Assembly: GCA_964447205.1 (NCBI GenBank)
Contig: CAYUSB010000004.1
Span: 51,799-115,798, forward strand
Length of the DNA: 64,000 nt
Direction: 5' to 3'
DNA from: an uncultured Myxococcaceae bacterium
Lineage (GTDB): Bacteria; Myxococcota_A; Polyangia; Polyangiales; Ga0077539
Shown here: piece by piece, positions 30,816-39,117 of the stretch
Layout: every line of letters begins with the position of its first letter
How positions within the stretch are numbered: position 1 is the stretch's first letter
The notes under the pieces: model-generated
Told to the model about the DNA's origin: nothing
The model's database searches: none
Seen by the model: the letters and a program-made list of their open reading frames with translations, nothing else
Program-made: the position numbers and the translations under genes

Positions 30816-32390
30816 GTGAGCGCGATCGAGAAGCTGGCCCACCTCTGCGGCAGCACCGAGGCGGGGCGGGTGATGGTCGAGGGGGACGGCACGGTCCACC
30901 TCGCGGGCTGGCAGCAGTGGGGCGTGAGCCGCGACGGCGGGGCCACCTTCGCCCGCACCCGGGTGAACAAGGGCGTGCATTTCTTTGGCATGGCCCGGGG
31001 CCCCGATGGGCGTGTCGTGCTCTGCGGCATCCGCGGGATGATCGCCTCGTTCGACGACGATGGGGTCACCTGGACCTCGGTCACCGTCAAGGGAAAGCCC
31101 TCCCTGCGCGGCTGCCTCGCGACCCCGGAGGGGACGATGGTGGTGGGCGACGGGGTGATCCTCTTCCGCGCGGCAGGGACCGACCTGTGGGAGACCGTGC
31201 ACAAGGCCCACGGGGTGATGTTCTTCGGGGCTGCGCGCAGCGACGCGGGGGCCATCGTGGTGCTCGCGGCGGAGACCGTCCCAGGGACCCAGCCCTTCGA
31301 GCACAAGTTCACCTGGAGCGTGTGGGTGTCGGACGACGGGGGGCGGTGCTTCACCGCCGTCGACCCCGGGGCCCAGCGGGCCCTCGCCGTCCTCTCCGAC
31401 GGAACCCGCTTCTATCTCCCCGACGGCTACGACCGCATCCTGGCCTCGGACGACCAGGGGCGGAGCTGGTTCGTGATCGCTCACCCCGGGGCGGCGAAGA
31501 CCCAGGACCGACGCGACAATCGCATCGTGGCCTTCTACGCGCGGGGCGAGGTTCTCTATGCCGTCGACGCCACGGGCGCCGTGCGGCGCTCGGGCGACCG
31601 CGGGGTGCACTGGGAGACCGTGGGCGAGGTCGACGAGGTGCATTGCATCGACAGCGCACCCGACGGGACCCTGTTCCTGTCGGGCTACTATGCGGTGTGG
31701 AGGCTGCACGACCCCGCCCTCGTGCGCCCGTTGACGCCCGTGGCGCGGCCCGCTGCGACGCCCCCTGCGTCGGTCGCGGCAGCCCCGGAGGTGACGGGCA
31801 CGGCAGCCCTGATCGAGCGGCTCCTCGTCGCATGGAGGGCCGAGCGCCACCCCGCCCTCGCCGAGGCCATCGAGTCTCTCAGCGCGACCCTGCCGGTCCC
31901 TGGGACCGACCTGCGCACCCTCGACGGGCCGAGCCGGCAGGCGGGGTGGATGAAGCTGGCGAAGCAGGGAGGCCCCGCGGCGGTTCCGCATCTGCTGGAG
32001 ACCTTTCGGGCGGGGACCCTCGACGAGCTGAAGGATCGGGTGGGGTGGGTGGTCAAGCTCCCGGACGACCCGCGGGTGGCCTCGTTGGCCGCGTGTTTCG
32101 TCGAGGAGTGCGCGTATGGGTCGACGGGGTCGAAGCCCCTGTGGACGGCCCTCTGCGGGCGGTTGGTGGCCCTGCGGGATCCGCGCACCGTGCCAAGGGT
32201 GACGGCCGCCGCGACGCAGGGGGCCCCGGTGACGGGGGCGACGATGAAGGCATGGCTCGATGCGACGCTGCCGCGGGTGGCGAACCAGCTCGCGGCCGCG
32301 TGCGCGGGGGAGCCGGTGCTGACGCCCGCGGCGAAGGCGCTGCTCGACGAGGCGGCCGGAACGCCTTCTGCGCGTCGCGACCCGCCGTAG
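30816..32390 (+). CDS. BNR/Asp-box repeat beta-propeller protein (Ycf48/sialidase-like) with helical C-terminal domain
   Basis: GTG start at 30816, 3 nt after the CA stop. Repeated S/T-x-D-x-G-x-T-W/F Asp-boxes: SRDGGATFART, FDDDGVTWTSV, SDDGGRCFTAV, SDDQGRSWFV, SGDRGVHWETV. The first ~180 aa of track ORF 30279..32390 are out of frame over the CA gene. Confidence 0.55.
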   Translation: MSAIEKLAHLCGSTEAGRVMVEGDGTVHLAGWQQWGVSRDGGATFARTRVNKGVHFFGMARGPDGRVVLCGIRGMIASFDDDGVTWTSVTVKGKPSLRGCLATPEGTMVVGDGVILFRAAGTDLWETVHKAHGVMFFGAARSDAGAIVVLAAETVPGTQPFEHKFTWSVWVSDDGGRCFTAVDPGAQRALAVLSDGTRFYLPDGYDRILASDDQGRSWFVIAHPGAAKTQDRRDNRIVAFYARGEVLYAVDATGAVRRSGDRGVHWETVGEVDEVHCIDSAPDGTLFLSGYYAVWRLHDPALVRPLTPVARPAATPPASVAAAPEVTGTAALIERLLVAWRAERHPALAEAIESLSATLPVPGTDLRTLDGPSRQAGWMKLAKQGGPAAVPHLLETFRAGTLDELKDRVGWVVKLPDDPRVASLAACFVEECAYGSTGSKPLWTALCGRLVALRDPRTVPRVTAAATQGAPVTGATMKAWLDATLPRVANQLAAACAGEPVLTPAAKALLDEAAGTPSARRDPP

Positions 32391-32512
32391 CCCGTCGGGC
32401 AGGGCCATTCCTCCTCGCCGCTGCACCCAATACCCCCCGCACAGACCGGGTGCGCGGCCCCCCGCCGGGGTGCTACCGTCCCCGCCCCGTGAACGAGAGG
32501 GGACTGAAATCG

Positions 32513-35275
32513 ATGGAGACGCGTCAGAAGATTCCCGTGCCGCGGCGGTCGTTCCTGTGGTCGCTCAATGAGACCTCGGGCGAGATCCTGCTGCACGTCG
32601 GGCCCACGGAGTTTACCCCCAGCGCCAACGACCGGATCGTCCGGGCCAACGAGCGCGGAGGCTTCGAGGCCGCCCCCATGGAGGCCCGGCCCTTCGTCGT
32701 CGCCCGCGACGGCGAGTACGTCGTGCTCAGCAACCCCCTCAAGGGCGACACCACGGACGAGTACGCCAACGGGGCCTACCTCCCCGGCGGCAACAAGGAG
32801 AAGGAGCTTGCCCTCGGCACCACCCGCATGATCCCGGGGCCCTGCGCCTTCCCCATCTGGCCCGGGCAGAGCGCCGAGGTGCGCACCGCCCACAAGCTCG
32901 GGGCCAACCACTACCTCCTCGTGGAAGTCGTCGGGTCGCTTGACGAGAAGGCCCCGTACTACAAGCTGGTCATGGAGTCGGCGGGGCTCTCCAGCGCCGT
33001 CATCGACTCGGGCGAGTCGGCCGTAGGACCCGTGGCCCAACCCGTCGCAGCAAGCGCCGCCGTGGCCACCGCCGCCGTGCTCGTGAAGGGACAACGCATC
33101 GTCGTCCAGGGGCGGCACACCCCCCTCTTCATCCCCCCGTCGGGCATCGAAATCGTTCCACCCGTCGAGGAGATGGAGGCCCAACAGGCTGCCAAGGAGA
33201 CCGACACCGAGGCCATCGCGGCCCTCCCGCAGCCCCTCCAGCAGGAGCTCGCGAAGCTCATCGCCCAGGTGCGGCAGGGCATCTCGTCGCGGCAGTTTTC
33301 GACCCTCAAGAACGAGCTGCGGCACCGGCAGGACGTGGCCGTCGGGCAGCGGGCCGTCATGCTCACGGCCCTCGACGTGACCTACGAAGAGCGGGCCACC
33401 AAGAGCGACGCCCGACGCCGCGGGGGGAGCGTCGACCGCAGGGCCCCGACGGCCCCGATGGACCCGTACGCCCGGCGGGCGGTCCTGCTCAACCACAAGG
33501 AGTACTGCGTGCTCTTTGACGCCGACGGGAACCCCCGCATCGTACGCGGCCCGGCCCGGGTGTTTCCGGGGCCCCACGACACCTTCATGCAGCGCGGGTC
33601 GCGGCGCCGGGTGTACGACGCGTACGAGCTGGCCGAGCACCAGGCCCTGTGGATCCGGATCATCGCCCCGGTCTCGCGCGAGCGCCTCGGGCAACACCTC
33701 CCCCCGGGCATCGAGATCGACCGCGACCTGTACGAGCAGGGGCACGAGTTTATCGTGAAGGGTCGGCCGTCGGTCTTCTTCCCCTTCATCGAGGCCGAGG
33801 TGATCCACCCCGGGACCCACGACCCCCACGTCGGAAACGACCACGAGGGGGTGGTCCTGGAGGCCATCGGGATCGACCAGAAGAGCGGGATCTACGTCCG
33901 CGATCTGCGCACGGGCATGGTCAAGATGGTCCGCGGAGAGACCAGCTACCTCGTCGACCCGCGGTCCGAGGAGCACGTCCACCGGCGCGTCCCCCGCGAA
34001 CAGTGGAACCTCTGGATCGCCCACGCCGAGCCCCACAAGACCCTCGCCAAGGAGGAGGCCGTCACCACCCCGTGGGCCGTGTCGGTGACCATCCCCAACA
34101 ACGAGGCCTGCCTCATCTCGTCACGGCACGGACGGCGGGTGGAGGTGGGACCCAAGGTGGTTCTCCTGGAGTACGAGGAGACCCTCGGGCAGATGCGCCT
34201 GTCGAAGGGGCCCTCGAAGGACGGGCACGCCACCGTGGTCACCAGCTTCCTGCGCGTGAAGGGGGGCCGGGTGGCCGACACCTTCGAGCTGGAGAGCGCG
34301 GACTTTGTGAAGTTCAAGGTGCGCCTCGGGTTCGCCGGGCACTTCGAGGGCGAGGGGGCCCGGTGGTTCGAGGTCGAGGACCCCGTCAAGCTGCTTGCCG
34401 ATACGGTGCGGGCCCGCCTGCGGGAGGTCGCCCGAGGGGTCGGGGCCACGCGGCTCCTGTCGGAGTTTCCGGCCCTGGCTCGCAAGGCCCTCTTCGCCGA
34501 GACGGCCACCCTGCGCTTCGAGGAGAACGGGATGGTCATCGACCACATGGACGTCCTCGGGGTGTCGATCGCCGACGGGGCCCTGGCCGACCTCTTCCTC
34601 GGCACCCAACGCGAGGCCGTCAAGCTCGAGCTCAACGACCAGCAGGCCGCCCGGCGCCTCGTGTCGGCCCGCCACGCCGACGGGGTTCACGCCGAGGAGA
34701 ACCGCCTCGCCCGCGAGGCCGCCCGACGGGGGGCCGAGACCCGCATCGTCGAACACGAGCAGAGCCACGCCGTGGCCCTGCGGAGCCAGGTTCTGACGAG
34801 CGAGCGTCGGGCTGACGACGTCACCCGCACCCAGGACCTCCTCGCCCGCGAGCTTGATTTCGAGCTTCGGGCCGCGAAGGAGCGGGCCGAGTCCGAGGCC
34901 CAGCGTCGGCTGAAGGTTGCGGAGGCCGAGGCCGAGGCCCTGGCCGAGGGGTACCGGGTCGAGGAGGCCCACCTCGTGGCCGTGGCCGCGGTCGAGCAGC
35001 AGCGGGTGCGGGCCCTGGCCGAGGCCGACGCGATCAAACTCGGGGCCATCCAGCCCGAGCTCGTGGCCGCCCTGCACGGGGCCGCCGACTCCGAGGTCAT
35101 GAAGGCCGCCGCCAACAACATGAACCTCGTCTCCCTCCTCGGGGGTCGGTCGCCCTCCGAGATCCTCGGGCAGATCGTGCGGGGGACTCCCCTCGCGCGC
35201 ACCGTCGACAGCATGCGCGGCCGCGGACCGACCGAGGCCGTCGACGCCACGGTGGAGCCCGCGGACGAGGACTGA
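32513..35275 (+). CDS. major vault protein (MVP) homologue: MVP repeats + SPFH-like shoulder + cap-helix coiled coil
   Basis: ATG 32513 (METRQKIPVPRRSF...), 921 aa. Several blocks align to metazoan MVP:
- window SGIYVRDLRTGMVKMVRGETSYLVDPRSEEHVHRRVP vs MVP [27 protein letters not shown]...
- window EFIVKGRPSVFFPFIEAEV vs MVP RVVKGEKSFFLQPGE
- window TIPNNEACLISSRHGRRVEVGPKVVLLEYEETLGQMRLSKGPSK vs MVP [46 protein letters not shown]
The C-terminus (34650-35150) is a long Ala/Glu/Arg-rich alpha-helix (…RLKVAEAEAEALAEGYRVEEAHLVAVAAVEQQRVRALAEADAIKL…), as in the vault cap-helix. The first 1596 nt of track ORF 30917..35275 are an out-of-frame overlap of the BNR gene. Confidence 0.8.
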   Translation: METRQKIPVPRRSFLWSLNETSGEILLHVGPTEFTPSANDRIVRANERGGFEAAPMEARPFVVARDGEYVVLSNPLKGDTTDEYANGAYLPGGNKEKELALGTTRMIPGPCAFPIWPGQSAEVRTAHKLGANHYLLVEVVGSLDEKAPYYKLVMESAGLSSAVIDSGESAVGPVAQPVAASAAVATAAVLVKGQRIVVQGRHTPLFIPPSGIEIVPPVEEMEAQQAAKETDTEAIAALPQPLQQELAKLIAQVRQGISSRQFSTLKNELRHRQDVAVGQRAVMLTALDVTYEERATKSDARRRGGSVDRRAPTAPMDPYARRAVLLNHKEYCVLFDADGNPRIVRGPARVFPGPHDTFMQRGSRRRVYDAYELAEHQALWIRIIAPVSRERLGQHLPPGIEIDRDLYEQGHEFIVKGRPSVFFPFIEAEVIHPGTHDPHVGNDHEGVVLEAIGIDQKSGIYVRDLRTGMVKMVRGETSYLVDPRSEEHVHRRVPREQWNLWIAHAEPHKTLAKEEAVTTPWAVSVTIPNNEACLISSRHGRRVEVGPKVVLLEYEETLGQMRLSKGPSKDGHATVVTSFLRVKGGRVADTFELESADFVKFKVRLGFAGHFEGEGARWFEVEDPVKLLADTVRARLREVARGVGATRLLSEFPALARKALFAETATLRFEENGMVIDHMDVLGVSIADGALADLFLGTQREAVKLELNDQQAARRLVSARHADGVHAEENRLAREAARRGAETRIVEHEQSHAVALRSQVLTSERRADDVTRTQDLLARELDFELRAAKERAESEAQRRLKVAEAEAEALAEGYRVEEAHLVAVAAVEQQRVRALAEADAIKLGAIQPELVAALHGAADSEVMKAAANNMNLVSLLGGRSPSEILGQIVRGTPLARTVDSMRGRGPTEAVDATVEPADED

Positions 35276-35289
35276 GGGGGTACGGGCCT

Positions 35290-37620
35290 TCAGACCGGGC
35301 GGATCACCCGCAGGCGGGCCCCGAGCTCGAAGCAGCCCAGGTGGCCGCTCTCTTCGGCCACGTACACCGCGCATTGCTCGTCGACCCGCACGAGGTCGGG
35401 CACGAGGTCGCAGGCTTCGAGCTCGGCCAGGACGGTTCCATCGCGGGGGCGGAGCACGGCGAGGCTGCTCTGCGGCACGAAGAGGGCCCCGGCCCGGAGC
35501 TGCACGTCGAGCCTGCGCGGGACATCGTCCGCCACGGGAGCCCGGAACGTGTGGGCCCACCGCAGCCGCCCGGTGTCCGCGTCGAGGGCCACCACCCGGC
35601 CCGTCGGGAGGTTGGCGACAAAGCAGTCGTCGAAGGCCGTCACCGCAGGCCGAGCCCCGCCCGGGCCGGTGACTCCGAGGGGCGTGCGGAATCGTTCCGC
35701 CCCCGTGGTGGCGTCGAGCCCGAGCAGGCTCACCCCCTCGCGCGTGAGGAGGGGAACGGCCACGGTATCGCCCGTCGCGCAGGGCAATCCGCACGCGGGA
35801 GAGTCGGACTCTGCGCTCCACAGGAGGGCCCCGGTGTAGGCCCCGAGGGCGTAGAGCCGGGCGGGGCTGCGGGCCCCGTCGCCCCCGAGGGCGTAGACGG
35901 CGTCGCGGTGAACCACAGGGGCCGTGGAGAAGGGAGCCCGGTGGCCGAAGCGCCAGACCCTTTCGCCCGTGGCGAGGTCGAGGGCCGTCACCGCGGCGTC
36001 GCCCGAGGTCACCACGAGGAGCCGACCCGCGCGGCGCATCCGGAAGGCCCCGGAGTGACGGGCCGCGTAGGTCCAGCGGGCCTCGCCCGTGCGCAGGTCG
36101 AGGCCCACGAGACGGCGTTCGCCCTCGGCCACGACCACCACCCGGGGCATCCCGGGGGCCGTCACGGCGTGGGCGAGGATCTGAGCCCCCACCCGCGGGG
36201 CCACCCGGGTGCTCCACAGGCTCTCGCCGGTGCTCACCGACCGCAGCTCGACCTCGCCCCGGGGAGAGACCCGCAGGATGTCCTCGCCCGCCAGGGTCGT
36301 GCTCGCCCGCGAGACGGGAACGGTCCAGACCACCTCGCCGCGGTTGCGGTCGAGGGCGTGCAGCTCGCGCACCCCAGGCACGAGGAGCTTGTCGCCGCAG
36401 AGGAGGGTTCCTTGCAGGTCGAGGCCTTCGATCTCGGCGCGCCAGCGGGCGGTGTAGCGGAGGCGGGCGGCCCCGGTGAGGTCGGGTTCGCGGGTCGAGG
36501 CCGGGTCGGACGCGGCCGGGACGCAGCGGTAGCGGGCCGGGTCGTCGTTGACCTGGGTGTCGACCCGGTCGAGGTCGCGGAGCCAACGGCGCAGGGCCCG
36601 GGCCTCGCCGCGCAGGGCACGGAGCCGGAGGTTGCGCCCGAGGCCCCGGTCGACCCGGACCATGGCCGAGGCCAGGGCCAGGGCCGCGTCGAGGACGGGG
36701 GTGACAAAGGCCCGGGGGTCGAGGGAGGGGGCCGTGACGCCCCCGTCGGCGGTGGCGGAGACGGAGAGGGCGAGGCGTTCGTCGGCCCCGAGGCGCAGGC
36801 CCAGGGTGGCGCTCCCGAGGTGAACCCGGAGGTGCAGGGCCCGGCGCGAGGTCCAGGCTTCGAGCAATGGGCGGCACAAGGCCACGAGGCGTTCGACCTG
36901 GAGGAAGACGAACCCGTCGGGCAGGGGGGCGTTCATCCCGCGGAGCGCGAGGGTGACCCGGCCTCGTACGAGGAGGGCCCGCAGGTCGCTCTGGGGCGCG
37001 CTCGGGGCGCCTCCCTCGACGGGGCCGGGGACGGCGCACACGAAGCCGAGCCCCAGGGTGGCCCGGGGTTGGGTCGCGGCGCTGGTCCAGCGGGCCTGGG
37101 TCTCGTCACCGCGTTGGGGGCTCCGCAGCCCGGACTCGGGGGCGGCTTTGAGTCGGCCGAGGGTGGCGTCGAGGTCGGCGCTGAAGGCGCTGTCGAGGAC
37201 GGGGCGCAGGGACGCGAGGGCCCGCTCGACGCTCTGGGCCACGGCCCAGGGAGAGACCGGGACGTCGAGGGCGATCACCTCGGGGTGGGTTCCGGTGCGG
37301 TAGAGCGTGGCCAGGAGGGTGCGGTCGCCGACTCCGAGGCAGAGCTCCCAGGGGGTGTCGTAGAAGGCTACGATCCGGCGGGGGCTTCGGCCTTCGCTCA
37401 CGGCCGCAGCGGCCTCGGCGAGGTCGCGCAGCACGAAGGCGGCGTGGTCGACCCGGGTGGCGGCCTCGCAGCGTTGTCCGGCCAGCTCGAGGGCGAGCTG
37501 GAGCGAGGCAGCGGGGGCCCGCTCGGGGGCGAGGCTGGCCACGGTGGCGCCGCGGGACTCGGCGCGGACGGAGGAGGCGCCTGGCGTGCGCTGCTGCAGG
37601 TGGAGATCGATGACCGGCAT
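35290..37620 (-). CDS. PQQ-like (BamB/YVTN-type) beta-propeller repeat protein
   Basis: Start ATG 37620-37618 (MPVIDLHLQQ...). C-terminal half carries ≥6 PQQ-like blades with the G-x-x-x-W signature: GEVVWTV, GESLWST, GEARWTY, GERVWRF, GALLWSA, GRLRWAH. Convergent with the MVP gene; the stops are 15 bp apart. Confidence 0.65.
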   Translation of the reverse strand: MPVIDLHLQQRTPGASSVRAESRGATVASLAPERAPAASLQLALELAGQRCEAATRVDHAAFVLRDLAEAAAAVSEGRSPRRIVAFYDTPWELCLGVGDRTLLATLYRTGTHPEVIALDVPVSPWAVAQSVERALASLRPVLDSAFSADLDATLGRLKAAPESGLRSPQRGDETQARWTSAATQPRATLGLGFVCAVPGPVEGGAPSAPQSDLRALLVRGRVTLALRGMNAPLPDGFVFLQVERLVALCRPLLEAWTSRRALHLRVHLGSATLGLRLGADERLALSVSATADGGVTAPSLDPRAFVTPVLDAALALASAMVRVDRGLGRNLRLRALRGEARALRRWLRDLDRVDTQVNDDPARYRCVPAASDPASTREPDLTGAARLRYTARWRAEIEGLDLQGTLLCGDKLLVPGVRELHALDRNRGEVVWTVPVSRASTTLAGEDILRVSPRGEVELRSVSTGESLWSTRVAPRVGAQILAHAVTAPGMPRVVVVAEGERRLVGLDLRTGEARWTYAARHSGAFRMRRAGRLLVVTSGDAAVTALDLATGERVWRFGHRAPFSTAPVVHRDAVYALGGDGARSPARLYALGAYTGALLWSAESDSPACGLPCATGDTVAVPLLTREGVSLLGLDATTGAERFRTPLGVTGPGGARPAVTAFDDCFVANLPTGRVVALDADTGRLRWAHTFRAPVADDVPRRLDVQLRAGALFVPQSSLAVLRPRDGTVLAELEACDLVPDLVRVDEQCAVYVAEESGHLGCFELGARLRVIRPV

Positions 37621-37887
37621 GCGTCCCTGTGCGTCGCGCGGAACAACGCCGACTGTGCTGCCCACGACCCCCCATCGCGGCGGAGCCTCCACCGCAACGA
37701 GGGCACTGCTCCCCCAGGGATACGGCGCGAGTCCCCTGCGCCGGGTCCTGAAAGATCGTGACCACCCATCCTCAGGATGTGTGGTGTCGGAGCGCATCGC
37801 GGCGTCGCGACGTGAACGGACCGTACGTCCCCGGCGTCCCCGGGTCGACTTTTCGACCGTCCCCCCGGAGCGGCCCGAGGCCGTGTT

Positions 37888-39117
37888 TTACGGTCCCGGC
37901 GTCGGGGGGCGGAGCTCTGCCGACGCGTCGCGTCGATGCATTCCCCGCGTGGCCAGCGGGCACAGGAGGGCCACGAGCACGAGGTGATACCGGTCGGCCC
38001 CGAGGAAGACCCCGTGGGTGGCCACCACCCCAAAGGCGGCCACGGCGATCACGCGCACGGCGGCAGACCCGCGGGCTACCAGGGCCCCGCGCAGGGCCAG
38101 GACCACGAGGGCCCACCAGCTCAGGGTGCAGGCCATCACGGCCCCGATCACCCCAACGGGGGGCAGGCCCCGGGGAGGCCAGGGCCAGAGGTAGCTCACG
38201 GGGTCGTGCTCCCAGCCGAAGGTGATGGCGAGCTTCCACAGCCCGCTGCGGAGCCACGTCCACGGGTCGCGTACGATGCGCCCGCGGGCCACCCGGGCCA
38301 TACATCGGTCGCGATGGACCTCCCCGTCCACGCGGTCGCACCCGTCGTCGGGACGAGGGCGACGGTAGCCTCCGCGGGCCTCGGGGAAGGTCCCGATGAG
38401 GAGGTTGCTTCCCCCGTTGGTGCTGATGAGGGCGCAGGCGTCGAGGCGGGCGCAGTTGCGGGCCGTCCAGGGCCCGACAGCCAGGGCGGCTCCGAGGCAG
38501 AGGGTGGCGGCCAGGACGAGGCGTCGCGTCCACGCGAGGGGAAGGGCCCACGGCGCCACGAGGAGGGCGAGGGAGGGCGGCCGAACGAGTCCCGCGAGCC
38601 CGAGGGTCACCCCGGCCCCGAGGGCGGCGGGAAGGCCCCTCAGGGGGCGGCTGCCTTGCGCGTGGTGGGACCGCAGGAGGAGGGCCGCGGCGAGGGCGAG
38701 GAGGGTTCCGGTGAGGGTCTCGGTCATGGCCGCGAGGGACCACAGGGCGGGGCCGGGGAGGAGGGCGTAGAGCATCCCGGCCCGCCAGCCGGTGGGGCGG
38801 TCGGCGAGGGTGGTTCCGAGGTGCATGACCACGAGGCACCCGACGAGGGCGGCGGCGAGGTTGAGGCCCACCACGGCCCGTTGCGGGTCGCCGAGGAGGC
38901 GCAGTGCTGCCGACAGGGCCGCGGGGTACCCCACGGGGTAGAAGGCCGTGGGGCGGTCGGGGGGGTGCAGGGTCTCGACGTAGCCGCGTCCGTGCGCGAG
39001 GGCCTCGGCGTAGCGGGCGTAGAAGAACCCGTCCCAGCGGGGGCGGGCGTCGAGGCTGAGGGCCAGGGCCGCCCGCACGGCCAGGGTGACCGCGGGGGGG
39101 ATCCAGGCCCGGGTCAC
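37888..39117 (-). CDS. GT39/ArnT-family (PMT_2-like) membrane glycosyltransferase
   Basis: GTG start 39117-39115, overlapping the upstream stop (GTGA). …RWDGFFYARYAEALAHGRGYVE…FYPVGYPAALSAAL… resembles the N-terminal loop-1 region of dolichyl/undecaprenyl-phosphate-sugar transferases. ≥9 TM segments. The upstream ~430 aa of track ORF 37888..40404 are rejected. Confidence 0.55.
   Translation of the reverse strand: MTRAWIPPAVTLAVRAALALSLDARPRWDGFFYARYAEALAHGRGYVETLHPPDRPTAFYPVGYPAALSAALRLLGDPQRAVVGLNLAAALVGCLVVMHLGTTLADRPTGWRAGMLYALLPGPALWSLAAMTETLTGTLLALAAALLLRSHHAQGSRPLRGLPAALGAGVTLGLAGLVRPPSLALLVAPWALPLAWTRRLVLAATLCLGAALAVGPWTARNCARLDACALISTNGGSNLLIGTFPEARGGYRRPRPDDGCDRVDGEVHRDRCMARVARGRIVRDPWTWLRSGLWKLAITFGWEHDPVSYLWPWPPRGLPPVGVIGAVMACTLSWWALVVLALRGALVARGSAAVRVIAVAAFGVVATHGVFLGADRYHLVLVALLCPLATRGMHRRDASAELRPPTPGP

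Noticed and set aside
30917-35275. 1452-aa ORF suggesting a giant protein
   Set aside because: The first ~530 codons run out of frame across the BNR-repeat gene and give a low-complexity RG-rich translation. The real MVP-like gene starts at ATG 32513 in the same frame.
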